Shown here in pieces: positions 36,743-46,106 of a stretch of 46,665 nt of DNA (positions within the stretch are counted from its first letter, which is position 1; each line of letters begins with the position of its first letter). The notes beneath the pieces were generated by a model. The model was not told where the DNA came from, made no database searches, and was given only the letters and a program-made list of their open reading frames with translations. Origin of the DNA: a virus. Lineage: Duplodnaviria > Caudoviricetes. Location: the IMG/VR virus record IMGVR_UViG_3300026196_000010, positions 1-46,665 of that record. One strand, written 5' to 3'. The position numbers and the translations under genes were made by a program.

Positions 36743-37066
36743 TTAAGACTCAACCTTCGCAGGTTTCGGCCCTGGTTTCGCTTTTACTTTAGTTTCTTCA
36801 ACCTCTTTGATGGTAGGATCATGAATGATAGCTAACTCATCGTACCCGGTGATAGCTCCCAACTTGAACCCGTTATCTATCTGCTTCTTTAGAATAGCCC
36901 AGTCTTTACCACTGAACTTTTGCACCATACCATGAACGGTGTTGTGCCTACCGCTTGTCTGAAACACCTTAATAAAAAGAATGTGATAAACATTTTTCTC
37001 TTTAACCTCGTATCCACCTGGATAGATGCTGTCAAGTAACTCCTGATTCTCTGTTGATAGTTTCAT
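36743..37066 (-). CDS. Hypothetical protein, head module
   Basis: Overlaps the portal end; IIHDP followed by a K/P-rich tail. Confidence 0.7.
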   Translation of the reverse strand: MKLSTENQELLDSIYPGGYEVKEKNVYHILFIKVFQTSGRHNTVHGMVQKFSGKDWAILKKQIDNGFKLGAITGYDELAIIHDPTIKEVEETKVKAKPGPKPAKVES

Positions 37067-38732
37067 CTATTTGCTCTTTTGCATATTTAATAAACTCTTC
37101 TCGTATCTGTTCGATCTTTCTTGAGAACGTCCCAAGTGACCCAAATTTTACTATGTCAATATTATCCCTTTCAAATCTTTTAACAAAATTATTCAAATTT
37201 GCTTTAATAATAAAATTTATTTTGTTTATGCCTCCATTTTTATAAATATCAATAGCATCCTTTATCGAATAATTAGGTAATGGGTCCAGCTCATTGATAA
37301 TATCCGCACGTATAATACTATTCTTATCATCACGGTACTTAGTACGTATGATATTATCATTGATAGCTTCTATGATAGCGGCACCAGCACCTGACTCACG
37401 CGCCTCTTTAAGCTCCTCTTGCAGATCATCAACATCTTTTAGAAAGAAATTAGTCCCATAATCAATATCACAATCTATGAACCTGTCTCCATATCTTAGC
37501 TTACATATTGTAGCATCTGCAAACTTATGTATGATCTCAAAATTACGCTTCACCCTGAACAGTACAGATAATTGAGATTCGAACGCTGATTCTATTTGCT
37601 TCTCATTCTTAGCAGCATCGTTTCGACTCTCCTGATCTACACCCACAACAGCTTTGAATATCTTATCTATAAGCCGTTGCTCCTCCTCGACATGCCATTT
37701 GAGTGACTCAACCGGAGGCGCTATGATCTTAATAGGCCCGTATTGCATAGCGTCATGCTCCTCTGATGTGCGCGGTGCTGGGGCTTTGACATGACTACCT
37801 GCCCCAACTAAATCAGATCCATCCGGCTTCTTACCATCAATGCGCTGTTCATTATCTGTTATGTCATCATCCTGATAGTCGTCATCCTCCTCATAGGTTA
37901 CCGTAATGGGAAACCCGTTAGCTATATCCATATACCTTTTTGATGTCATATGGAACAGTAGCCAGTCCAGATCAGTTAGCTCCTTGGTGATAGGCGATTC
38001 TTTATTGATATAGTTATTAGATGTCAGCTTCTCGCTCCAAAACATACGAGCGGGAGTATATCCAAGATCATGCGGTACCTCTATTGGCTCGCCCTTGATT
38101 ATGTAACCTTCGGCGGCGAATACCCTGAATGATGTGTCATCGTAGACGTAAATGTAATCCCCGATTTTGAATATAACGTATATGCAATTATTGTATTCAT
38201 CGTTTTTTATCTCTATAACGTTCTCAATATCTATCAACTTATTCTTAGGTTCTGGAAAGTCCGTTGTCTGCTCCGATGGTAGTGTGGGTATCCATACCGA
38301 ATCAATAGCTGTCTGCATAGCCTCAAACCCTATCGTAGGCCAAAACTTATCATCGCGATATTCAGCCCAGTCCGCCTCTAAAGCATCATCATCGAACCTA
38401 TAATTAAAATACGAGTCTTGAGCAGAGAACACCCTGAACAGACGTGAATAGATGCTTTCTGTAAGCTCCACGGTCTGTATAGGTGCTTTGATAAGATGCT
38501 TCACCCTTTCAAACTTATCCTTAGCAAGCAGCTCAGGTGTCGCACCTGTTGGGTCTATACCTCGTGACCCTATCCATCCAAGAAAATCGTGATAGTAAGT
38601 CGATAGGTCATACTTGTTCAGTACTGTCTCCGTGTGAAATCGGAGTCTTTCTTGATGACTTTTCCCCTGCTGTACTTCTCGATTTTTTCGCTGGCTTACA
38701 ATCTTTTTTATCTGCTCGTTTGATAAGGGCAT
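37032..38732 (-). CDS. Portal protein
   Basis: 566 aa upstream of scaffold and capsid; EVPHDLGYTPARMFW clip-like motif. Confidence 0.8.
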   Translation of the reverse strand: MPLSNEQIKKIVSQRKNREVQQGKSHQERLRFHTETVLNKYDLSTYYHDFLGWIGSRGIDPTGATPELLAKDKFERVKHLIKAPIQTVELTESIYSRLFRVFSAQDSYFNYRFDDDALEADWAEYRDDKFWPTIGFEAMQTAIDSVWIPTLPSEQTTDFPEPKNKLIDIENVIEIKNDEYNNCIYVIFKIGDYIYVYDDTSFRVFAAEGYIIKGEPIEVPHDLGYTPARMFWSEKLTSNNYINKESPITKELTDLDWLLFHMTSKRYMDIANGFPITVTYEEDDDYQDDDITDNEQRIDGKKPDGSDLVGAGSHVKAPAPRTSEEHDAMQYGPIKIIAPPVESLKWHVEEEQRLIDKIFKAVVGVDQESRNDAAKNEKQIESAFESQLSVLFRVKRNFEIIHKFADATICKLRYGDRFIDCDIDYGTNFFLKDVDDLQEELKEARESGAGAAIIEAINDNIIRTKYRDDKNSIIRADIINELDPLPNYSIKDAIDIYKNGGINKINFIIKANLNNFVKRFERDNIDIVKFGSLGTFSRKIEQIREEFIKYAKEQIDETINRESGVT

Positions 38733-38865
38733 TATCTTTAAATTCGTAAGGTGAATCTTTGGGTAGCTCCCACCCCTTGACGCGCATCGCCTTTTGAATG
38801 TAAAGGTAAGCCTGCGCCTTCGATGGTTCTACCTCTATTTTATCTTTGCCACAAACTAAGATCAT
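38608..38865 (-). CDS. Hypothetical protein
   Basis: ATGA-coupled to 38862..39482; 3' part overlaps the portal start. Confidence 0.55.
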   Translation of the reverse strand: MILVCGKDKIEVEPSKAQAYLYIQKAMRVKGWELPKDSPYEFKDNALIKRADKKDCKPAKKSRSTAGEKSSRKTPISHGDSTEQV

Positions 38866-39482
38866 GTGTTGACCATATCAAGCGCAAAAGAGGTCTCAGT
38901 TGAAATCTCCAACGTATCAGACCAGTTAGGCTTCACGTTAAACTTAATCATGTTTGAATCAGGATCATCTAATCCACCAACACCCTTATCAGATATAAAC
39001 AGAGATCCGTTAGCAACTTCAAAGCCGCTAAAGGTAGATGTATCTGAATATACGAACTGATTAGATTCGTTTATCATAACAACATCGAGAGGCTCGCAGG
39101 CCAATGCTTTGAGTGCTGTTATAACGTCTTGGTCCTCCTGGTACATTGCAGCAGAGAAAACAGAAGAGCTTCCACCCTTACGGATAGGTGCGCCCCCTCG
39201 TGTTTCATTACCGCCCCCAAACTCTCGTGGATCGCTGGCTGCAAGCTCAACATTACCCAAGTAAGGCGTTACAATGGCTTTGGTATCACCTGTTGCGGCT
39301 AACAATGTAGTCCAGGCAGTAGATGTTAATGCAGTAGCTAACGTTCCGATGTTTTGCCCCCTGCGCCAGAAAACCAGCTTTTGGATCTGTCCCACATCTG
39401 AAGGACACGGATTAAGAACAGTAACCGCTGAGGCTATCGCCGTTGGTCTTGGGCAACACACTGTTTTTGAAGATTGACTCAT
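38862..39482 (-). CDS. Putative major tail (tube) protein
   Basis: 206 aa, T/S/G/A-rich; own promoter element (TAATTTTG near 39523-39530); no other tube candidate upstream of the chaperone; paralogue at 21549. Confidence 0.6.
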   Translation of the reverse strand: MSQSSKTVCCPRPTAIASAVTVLNPCPSDVGQIQKLVFWRRGQNIGTLATALTSTAWTTLLAATGDTKAIVTPYLGNVELAASDPREFGGGNETRGGAPIRKGGSSSVFSAAMYQEDQDVITALKALACEPLDVVMINESNQFVYSDTSTFSGFEVANGSLFISDKGVGGLDDPDSNMIKFNVKPNWSDTLEISTETSFALDMVNT

Positions 39483-39570
39483 AACTTTATGTATTTAATT
39501 AATTCCAGAATAATTAATACAACAAAATTACATAAGTCTATCTTAATTTAAAATTTTATTTTTATTGCAT

Positions 39571-39597
39571 AAAAAAACCTCCCCATTTAAGGAGAGG
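39571..39597 (-). terminator. Intrinsic terminator
   Basis: CCTCTCCTTAAATGGGGAGG plus 7 U. Confidence 0.85.
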
Positions 39598-39700
39598 CAA
39601 AAACACTCAAAGACTAACCCGATGTTTTTCCGGGAAATTTATAGTCCACACGTTAGCAATGCAGACTTTTAATTTATTTCCTTTATTTTGATTGAGTAAA

Positions 39701-39907
39701 TTAATTCAATTTTGGCAGTTTTTTCCAATGCGTTGGGAATATTTGACGGCCCTCTGACATCCACCCATTCTGAATAAGAGTACCATCATCACTCCACCAT
39801 TGAAAAGATGCAGCATCTATCCAGTCATCGTAGAAATTACAACATAGAACACGCTCATCTAATTTTGGTAATTTTGTTTTAACACTTATCCAATCTAATT
39901 TTTTCAT
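39701..39907 (-). CDS. DUF551-like protein
   Basis: WISVKTKLP...RVL...PTHWKKLP; start placed at AGAG-ATG. Confidence 0.75.
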   Translation of the reverse strand: MKKLDWISVKTKLPKLDERVLCCNFYDDWIDAASFQWWSDDGTLIQNGWMSEGRQIFPTHWKKLPKLN

Positions 39908-39938
39908 CTCTTTTTGCTTACAATTTACCATTTAATAC

Positions 39939-39957
39939 ATTAAGAATGAATATAAAT
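39939..39957 (-). promoter_or_regulatory. 19-bp promoter box, copy G
   Basis: ATTAAGAATGAATATAAAT; 11-nt spacer, then TAAATTG. Confidence 0.8.
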
Positions 39958-40463
39958 TATTTATCCTTTACACATCTCACAGTGAGCAGGCACGTCTTGA
40001 GCAGGTTGATACGTGTTAGGTCCGTATCAGCTTTTATATAGTACAGATAAGCATATACATCATCCATCTCGTCAGCAGTCCACCAGGCTCCTATGCGCCC
40101 CTCACTGAGATATTCAACTTGCACCCATCCACCTAACTGAGCAGCGAACTCACCAGCACGTAGATCGTATCCGTTGCTGATAACCTCTATCAACGCCTCC
40201 CATTCAGCGCAAGTAGGTAGATGCCACCCTTTAGGAGCGTACTGAACAGCATCATTAAAAGGATAGAAAGTACCGTATTTATCACTAAGTAGATAGTTAT
40301 ACCCACTGGGCTTATATCTGAGGTTCTCACCCATCCATATGTTATCACCTATCTCTATCATGGTGTACTCATTACCGTCACGCTCGTCTATGAATGTGTT
40401 AGTAGGCTTCTCTGGCTTATCACAGGCAAGAAGAAATATGAATAATATTAAAATTGTTTTCAT
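39957..40463 (-). CDS. Lipoprotein with Fibrobacter succinogenes major paralogous (Fib_succ_major) domain
   Basis: Lipobox LLAC; FIDERDGNEY..IEIGDNIWMGENLRY, APKGWHLPT.AEW, C-terminal VRCVKD. Confidence 0.85.
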   Translation of the reverse strand: MKTILILFIFLLACDKPEKPTNTFIDERDGNEYTMIEIGDNIWMGENLRYKPSGYNYLLSDKYGTFYPFNDAVQYAPKGWHLPTCAEWEALIEVISNGYDLRAGEFAAQLGGWVQVEYLSEGRIGAWWTADEMDDVYAYLYYIKADTDLTRINLLKTCLLTVRCVKDK

Positions 40464-40708
40464 GATTGCAGCCCTTGAAATATTGTTATTATATCATCAT
40501 AGCTCTCTTCAATAGTTAACTCCTCACCATTAACAACAAAGACAAAGCAGGTACCGTCTGTATTTGGATAAAACCCTATAATATGTTCAACACACAAATA
40601 CAGTGGTCTGAACTCTGTTCTTGATGGTGTATCAATACCCATCTCCATTAATTCAGCAGTATGTTGGTCATCATTATGACATTTGATGTGTAATTCAATA
40701 AAGTTCAT
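40460..40708 (-). CDS. Hypothetical protein
   Basis: 82 aa, coupled to its neighbours. Confidence 0.65.
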   Translation of the reverse strand: MNFIELHIKCHNDDQHTAELMEMGIDTPSRTEFRPLYLCVEHIIGFYPNTDGTCFVFVVNGEELTIEESYDDIITIFQGLQS

Positions 40709-41291
40709 AAGCGTTTATATCATAGTTTAACATCTTAAAATCATCTTCATAAAGCATCCTGGTTATCTCTAACGTGCGTTCGGTATGCTTAGTTGTATAG
40801 TGACCTACATTTACTTTGGGTGTGGGTCCGATAATATCAAACATATCTTTAAGAGTCTCACAACCTTCTTTGAACTGTTCATAGCGAAACACATCCATAT
40901 CATCTTCTAAGAACATATGTTGTGGCATAACATGAGCTTTCTCTCTCCACTTACTAGACAAATTATTCCACCGGCTTAATAGCGTTTCCATGTATTGTGG
41001 GAACTCCATAAAATTGCGTGTAGGCTCGTTATAAACTATCGCGCGTCTATTACGCATACGCCAGTTATATTCACTAAGTATCTTATCGTATGGATTGCGC
41101 ACAAATGTGAATACATAGAATCCATCAATGTTTACCTGCTCTTTGATTGTTCTTAGTGGCAGATGGGTTAATCCTTCATAATAATAGTTTTGCGGTCTGC
41201 CTTTAGGAATGTCCAATAACCTGGATATACTCTGACCTCCTGTTTTGGGGATGTGAACAAAGACTGTTTTATAGCGAAATGAGACGGGCAT
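40695..41291 (-). CDS. Sulfotransferase (Sulfotransfer_2 family)
   Basis: 5'-PSB motif FVHIPKTGGQSI, 3'-PB motif FTFVRNPYDKILSEY, C-terminal LYEDDFKMLNY. Confidence 0.88.
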   Translation of the reverse strand: MPVSFRYKTVFVHIPKTGGQSISRLLDIPKGRPQNYYYEGLTHLPLRTIKEQVNIDGFYVFTFVRNPYDKILSEYNWRMRNRRAIVYNEPTRNFMEFPQYMETLLSRWNNLSSKWREKAHVMPQHMFLEDDMDVFRYEQFKEGCETLKDMFDIIGPTPKVNVGHYTTKHTERTLEITRMLYEDDFKMLNYDINAYELY

Positions 41292-41292
41292 G

Positions 41293-41613
41293 TCAATTTA
41301 AACTATTATATACCGATGCCAACTTTTCATCTTTTAAAAACTGCATCTTAAATGTATACTTTTCAAATAGCTCGCCCATAATTATTAGAACTTTATCATT
41401 ACTTTTAAGTGCCATCCTCACAAACGAATCCCACATATTAAAGGTGCGATCAAGGGCAACCTTAACTTCTCTTTCTGTGGACATTTCTGTTATCTTAGAT
41501 TTATAATAGTACTCACATAATCTGCATAACCTTTTATTTAACTCCTGTATATCTTCAGATGTTGTACCAGAATAATCTATACATACTTGCAGTAACTTTT
41601 CGTCTAAAAACAT
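41293..41613 (-). CDS. Hypothetical protein
   Basis: 106 aa helical ORF. Confidence 0.65.
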   Translation of the reverse strand: MFLDEKLLQVCIDYSGTTSEDIQELNKRLCRLCEYYYKSKITEMSTEREVKVALDRTFNMWDSFVRMALKSNDKVLIIMGELFEKYTFKMQFLKDEKLASVYNSLN

Positions 41614-41618
41614 AACTC

Positions 41619-42341
41619 CTATTTATTACATAATTTATAAAAGCACCTATCATTCGGATTAGCATTCTTTGGCAAGCTTGTGTTCTTCCAAAGTATAGTC
41701 ATGTTCTTACGCATAGCAGCAGCAGCATGAGCCAGACCTGAATCATTAGCCACTACATAATCAGCTTCACGAATCAAAGCTAACGACTCGCGTATATTGC
41801 CAACGTGCATCGGCATATCGTATCCTATCTTGTCGCCCTTACGCCACGTGAACAGCTTATCGAGCCTATCGCGATCTACCTCTGAACCAGTAAAAGCGCA
41901 CTTACCCTTCATGTGTTCAAGATAATACTTATCATCGGGTAGCTTACTATCCAGGTACGCCTTGCGCTCTGATCCGCTACCACGAATGAATAAGGTGCTA
42001 TACTTAGGTACGTCTAACTCCTTCGCTTCATCCACATACGTATGGGGTAGCTCACCATCGAGCGGGTAACGCTTAGTAACTTCTCTATAAACATGAAGAA
42101 AGTCAGGGCAGTTATTGTTTCCATTAATAAGCCACGAACCAAATGCTTCTTTATCTTTTGGCTTATCTTCAAGTATCTCCATGAACGGACAATCAAGAAA
42201 ACAGTCACGTATGAAATCGAAATCGAAGTACACTGGTATGCGATAACCAAGATGCTCAGATAATAGCTTTATAGTCGGTGTTAGATTGATGAAATTACCC
42301 AATCCGTATAACTCATGTTGTAGTACCCAGGGTTTAGTCAT
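41619..42341 (-). CDS. Glycosyltransferase, GT9 (heptosyltransferase)-like
   Basis: GLGNFINLTPTIK and SLALIREADYVVANDSGLAHAAAA motifs. Confidence 0.85.
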   Translation of the reverse strand: MTKPWVLQHELYGLGNFINLTPTIKLLSEHLGYRIPVYFDFDFIRDCFLDCPFMEILEDKPKDKEAFGSWLINGNNNCPDFLHVYREVTKRYPLDGELPHTYVDEAKELDVPKYSTLFIRGSGSERKAYLDSKLPDDKYYLEHMKGKCAFTGSEVDRDRLDKLFTWRKGDKIGYDMPMHVGNIRESLALIREADYVVANDSGLAHAAAAMRKNMTILWKNTSLPKNANPNDRCFYKLCNK

Positions 42342-42399
42342 CTATTATCAATTTAGCTTCTGTTATTATTACTTTCATCTCTCTATTTGTTTTTAGGGG

Positions 42400-42624
42400 T
42401 TAAATCCAATCTCCGGTTAATATGTCCGCATCGCCATTCAGATAATCATCTTCGCTTGGCTCTCTTCGTTTACCCCATTCTTCTTTTTCTGCATCCCATC
42501 CGCATTTAGAACAGCACTGATAATCAAAATCAATTTCATCATACTGCCTTCCGCATTTTGGGCACATCTCATGGGGTTGCATCTCTTCCCACTCTTTGCC
42601 CCAATCTTGTTCTGGTGTATTCAT
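42400..42624 (-). CDS. Small zinc-ribbon protein
   Basis: CPKCG...CSKCGW. Confidence 0.7.
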   Translation of the reverse strand: MNTPEQDWGKEWEEMQPHEMCPKCGRQYDEIDFDYQCCSKCGWDAEKEEWGKRREPSEDDYLNGDADILTGDWI

Positions 42625-42929
42625 CCCTCACCCTCCTTTCCGAATGCGGCTTTATATCCAGCTTTAAATGCTCTAATAGCAAATTGCCTTTTACCCTCTT
42701 TCATTTTCGGTTTTTGCCTATTAAGTCGTTTCCATCGTTTAGCAGCTAAGTTTTCTATTTCAATATCACTTAACATTACTGCCGCTTCCTTGCTCTTAGC
42801 TTCAATTTCGCCGGCTATCCTTTCTGCGTGGCTGCTCATATCTGTTAAGGGAAATATAGACTCTAATTCACATCTAAGTATTTCTTTTATCTTCTTTGCG
42901 TTCATCTCTTTTTGCTTACAAATTAACAC
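42621..42929 (-). CDS. Hypothetical protein (AKSKE / AAFGKEG family; likely start 42905)
   Basis: MNAKKIK start and AAFGKEGEG end shared with 45280..45654 and 2295..2567. Confidence 0.65.
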   Translation of the reverse strand: MLICKQKEMNAKKIKEILRCELESIFPLTDMSSHAERIAGEIEAKSKEAAVMLSDIEIENLAAKRWKRLNRQKPKMKEGKRQFAIRAFKAGYKAAFGKEGEG

Positions 42930-42936
42930 TTAATAC

Positions 42937-42955
42937 GTTAAGAATGAATATAAAT
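42937..42955 (-). promoter_or_regulatory. 19-bp promoter box, copy H
   Basis: GTTAAGAATGAATATAAAT; 11-nt spacer, then TAATTTG. Confidence 0.8.
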
Positions 42956-43135
42956 TATTCATCAGGCTCCTCTCCGAATATCTTTACAATCAATGCTAAT
43001 ATACATAAGGCTGCTAAAAATGAAACTATCTCAATCATCTCTTCTTAAATATAAACTCAGCAGTAGCCCATAATATACCCACTACAGCACACAGGCCAAT
43101 AAACCCGGCTATGATCGTTTCTATTAGTTCAGCGT

Positions 43136-43354
43136 TCATTTTATTATAAATTTTTGTATCTCAACAATATCTATTCCATTAGTCCATTTATCTTTATGAA
43201 CTTTTTCAAACTTTGATAAGTCCCAATCAGGATCTTCCATTTCATTAATTTCTTTTTTAGCATTCTCTTTTGCTTCCTTATATGAATAAAACATAATTGG
43301 AAGAACCCTACCTCCCTCATGTGCTATTCCAACATATATCCCATAAGCAGTCAT
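43136..43354 (-). CDS. Hypothetical protein
   Basis: 72 aa, ATGA-coupled. Confidence 0.6.
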   Translation of the reverse strand: MTAYGIYVGIAHEGGRVLPIMFYSYKEAKENAKKEINEMEDPDWDLSKFEKVHKDKWTNGIDIVEIQKFIIK

Positions 43355-44298
43355 TTTATCTCTTCTTTAATCAGTTTCTCAGCTTCTGTTCTTGTGAATA
43401 GAACCCCTGCGTTATCAGCATAACTAAACATCTTTTCCCAGAACCGCTTAGTCTGTGGATGCGATAAGTTGTGCATCAAAGCGTATGGAGCTTTAAAAGA
43501 GGGTAGATATTTAATAGTCTGCAAACAAGCGTCAACAGCTTTTTCTAATTCTCCAAGATCAACGTAACACGTAGCTAACAAGAACCAGGCATCGGCAAGC
43601 TCGTTAGTAGGTGGAGCCATCTTGACATACTTCTCTAAAAACCACACCACCTTAAACACATCACGCCTGTTCATATGTTCGCGTGCTATGTAATATAGAT
43701 AACGTGTATATTGGTTCATCCCAATAGCCTTTGGCCCCTTCATGATCTCTTTGGTCATAATCCTGAGTGTTCTGTCTGGATCAAGTTCATGATTAGGGGA
43801 GTAGTTAGCTTTAATAGTGAATGTGCTTTGTTGTATCTCCGTCATGCGCACGTGACCCTGCGGCGTGCGTATATATGGCAAATTATGTGCTGCTCCGATC
43901 CATTCAATATCATAACGGTTACGAAATATCCTTATCTGCTCGTTTACCTCCTGCCCTGTGTTGACATAGAACATAACACATTCGCGTGCTTGCATGAATG
44001 GTTTACTCAACAACTCACGTATGACTGGTATAGAAGATTCCAGAACCTCGTCACCGTCTATGATCAACAGCCAGTCGCCTGTACAATGGCTCTTAGAGTG
44101 ATTGCGAGCCTCAGCAAAGTTATCATTCCACTTGTAATCAGTGAACACCTTCGCCCCGGCCGCTTCTGCTATCTCTATGGACTTATCATCTGATCCGGTA
44201 TCTGTTATTACTATTTCGTTTACTCCTTTGATTGATTTAAGACACTTGGCAAGCATCTTTTCTTCATTCTTGATTATTAGTGATGCGGATATTTTCAT
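43351..44298 (-). CDS. GT2 glycosyltransferase with TPR domain (SunS-like architecture)
   Basis: ISASLIIKNEE, DTGSDDKS, WNDNFAEARN, LIIDGDE (DxD), then TPR-like helices. Confidence 0.9.
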   Translation of the reverse strand: MKISASLIIKNEEKMLAKCLKSIKGVNEIVITDTGSDDKSIEIAEAAGAKVFTDYKWNDNFAEARNHSKSHCTGDWLLIIDGDEVLESSIPVIRELLSKPFMQARECVMFYVNTGQEVNEQIRIFRNRYDIEWIGAAHNLPYIRTPQGHVRMTEIQQSTFTIKANYSPNHELDPDRTLRIMTKEIMKGPKAIGMNQYTRYLYYIAREHMNRRDVFKVVWFLEKYVKMAPPTNELADAWFLLATCYVDLGELEKAVDACLQTIKYLPSFKAPYALMHNLSHPQTKRFWEKMFSYADNAGVLFTRTEAEKLIKEEIK

Positions 44299-44324
44299 TA
44301 ATTTCTTATAAATTTATAATCTCT

Positions 44325-44522
44325 CTATTTGTTTTCGTTTCTACCTCCTTGATTTGCTATTGCTAAATACCATTCAGATAAGGCTAATGATAATCTATGA
44401 ACACCATCATAATCTTGCACAACTCTTGAGGCTGCATTGGCTAATTTAAATCCGGCATTTTTCAGCTTCTTATTATCTTCCGTTAACATTCGCGATATTT
44501 GGTTGTCGACATCCTTCATCAC
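44325..44522 (-). CDS. Hypothetical protein (DYDGVHRLSLAL family)
   Basis: Paralogous to the C-terminal half of 45280..45654. Confidence 0.7.
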   Translation of the reverse strand: MMKDVDNQISRMLTEDNKKLKNAGFKLANAASRVVQDYDGVHRLSLALSEWYLAIANQGGRNENK

Positions 44523-44661
44523 TCACCCTCCTTTAAGTTTAGCTTCTAATCTTGATTGGTATTCTGGTTTTAACCTTAGCCAGGGTATTCTGGTTACTAT
44601 CCATATCATACCGAATGAATATCCAAATTCAAATAGGGCGTCTCTCCACGCCTTTGCTAGT

Positions 44662-44970
44662 TCACTCTCCATCTCCTTTAAGTTTAGATAGTATGGCTTT
44701 GGCTAATTTGTCTACGCTAACCGTTTTTCCTGATGCTTTAGCATGATTGAATATTAATTTCCATATCTCCTCCTCTGTTTGTAGCTCGTAGGGTTCAAGC
44801 CAAGAAACTACGTTTTCCTTTCCGAACCAATAGTTTACTGTGTAATCATACCAACTATAACCAGCATCACCATCTTCGTAATTAACGAAAACAGACTTGC
44901 TTAATGTGTTGTTTGGATGTTCTTTCTTCGGCAGTCTATCGCTGCAATTTACTTCTCTATAATATGTCAT
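44662..44970 (-). CDS. DUF551-like protein
   Basis: CSDRLP...VVSWLEP. Confidence 0.55.
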   Translation of the reverse strand: MTYYREVNCSDRLPKKEHPNNTLSKSVFVNYEDGDAGYSWYDYTVNYWFGKENVVSWLEPYELQTEEEIWKLIFNHAKASGKTVSVDKLAKAILSKLKGDGE

Positions 44971-44992
44971 CTCTATTTAGTTGTTAAGTTCT

Positions 44993-45283
44993 TTAGCAAA
45001 CATCACCGTCATCTGGCATTAGGTCGTATTTATAACATAATTTGAGAATAGGAATGCTTGCTCTCAATGAGAGTATTTTATTATCGCATGAAATTACAGT
45101 TTGTTGCTTATGCTTTTCACCCTTCATAATTCTCCATCCATTTATATGCATCCTTGCAACAATACGCTTATCAGCAAATGACATATCATCTATTACCTCT
45201 GGGTATTCTGAAATCCATACGCTTGCATCACACCCATAATTCTTTCTTGCTACCGGAGTAGATGTTCTAATTATTCTCATCAC
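44993..45283 (-). CDS. Hypothetical protein
   Basis: 96 aa; PVARKNYGCDA...IMKGEK. Confidence 0.65.
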   Translation of the reverse strand: MMRIIRTSTPVARKNYGCDASVWISEYPEVIDDMSFADKRIVARMHINGWRIMKGEKHKQQTVISCDNKILSLRASIPILKLCYKYDLMPDDGDVC

Positions 45284-45654
45284 TCCCCCTCCTTTCCGAA
45301 TGCGGATATTTCGTCTCTATTTCCCTGATTACCTATTGCACAATACCAATCAGATAATGCAAGAGAGAGTCTGTGTACTCCATCATAATCCTTAACAACT
45401 CTCACCGCTGCTTCAGCCAAATTGTGTCCAGCATCCAATAACTTCCGATTATCGTTTTGCAGCATTTCAATAAATGCGTCTAACGGAAAATCCATCGCCT
45501 CTTCCTTGCTCTTGGCTTGGTGGTAGGATTCCATTGCTATTTGAACTGATGCAAGTGAAGAGCATACAGTTAACTCTCCGGCTTTATCATATTCAATATG
45601 ACAATTTTCTTCTAAAATCTTGTGGCTGTCTACTTTTATTTCCTTTGCGTTCAT
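45280..45654 (-). CDS. Mosaic hypothetical protein
   Basis: Combines the MNAKEIK, AKSKEEA, DYDGVHRL and AFGKEG segments seen in three other ORFs. Confidence 0.7.
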   Translation of the reverse strand: MNAKEIKVDSHKILEENCHIEYDKAGELTVCSSLASVQIAMESYHQAKSKEEAMDFPLDAFIEMLQNDNRKLLDAGHNLAEAAVRVVKDYDGVHRLSLALSDWYCAIGNQGNRDEISAFGKEGE

Positions 45655-45660
45655 ATCTAT

Positions 45661-45801
45661 TTAGTTGTTAAGTTCTCTTGATAGATAATTATATCTGTCT
45701 GCGTCTTTTTGCGTCCACCCGTAATTAATCTTTTTTTCTAAAAGTTCGGATATCTCTTCTGCGGCTTCACGTTCCCATTTGTCTCTGTAAATACTACTCA
45801 T
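45661..45801 (-). CDS. Hypothetical protein, 46 aa
   Basis: Manual translation MSSIYRDKWEREAAEE...SRELNN. Confidence 0.55.
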   Translation of the reverse strand: MSSIYRDKWEREAAEEISELLEKKINYGWTQKDADRYNYLSRELNN

Positions 45802-46072
45802 CACTCACCCCCTTCGCTGATTTGGATAAAGCCCACGCAATACCGGCTCTGAAATAATCTTCTAGAATAATCCGATCATCACCTTTTAATCCAGTTAACA
45901 TTTCTTGCACCACCTCATGTATCGCCCCCTCGCTGATCTCGGTGGTGTCAACATTAATTCGTGAAGCATAAAATTGAAACGTATAATCAGTCGGCTCATA
46001 ATCTACTATGACTCCATTTCTCCTGATTAATTTATCAAATTGTTTCAATATCTCAATTATCTTGTCTTTCAT
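45794..46072 (-). CDS. Hypothetical protein (MKDKIIEIL family)
   Basis: Partial paralogue of 2574..2852. Confidence 0.7.
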   Translation of the reverse strand: MKDKIIEILKQFDKLIRRNGVIVDYEPTDYTFQFYASRINVDTTEISEGAIHEVVQEMLTGLKGDDRIILEDYFRAGIAWALSKSAKGVSDE

Positions 46073-46106
46073 CTCTTAATATTTTAGTAAATTTACAACT
46101 TATTCT

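Noticed and set aside
39957-40463. Diversity-generating retroelement
   Set aside because: No reverse transcriptase gene and no TR/VR repeat pair noticed
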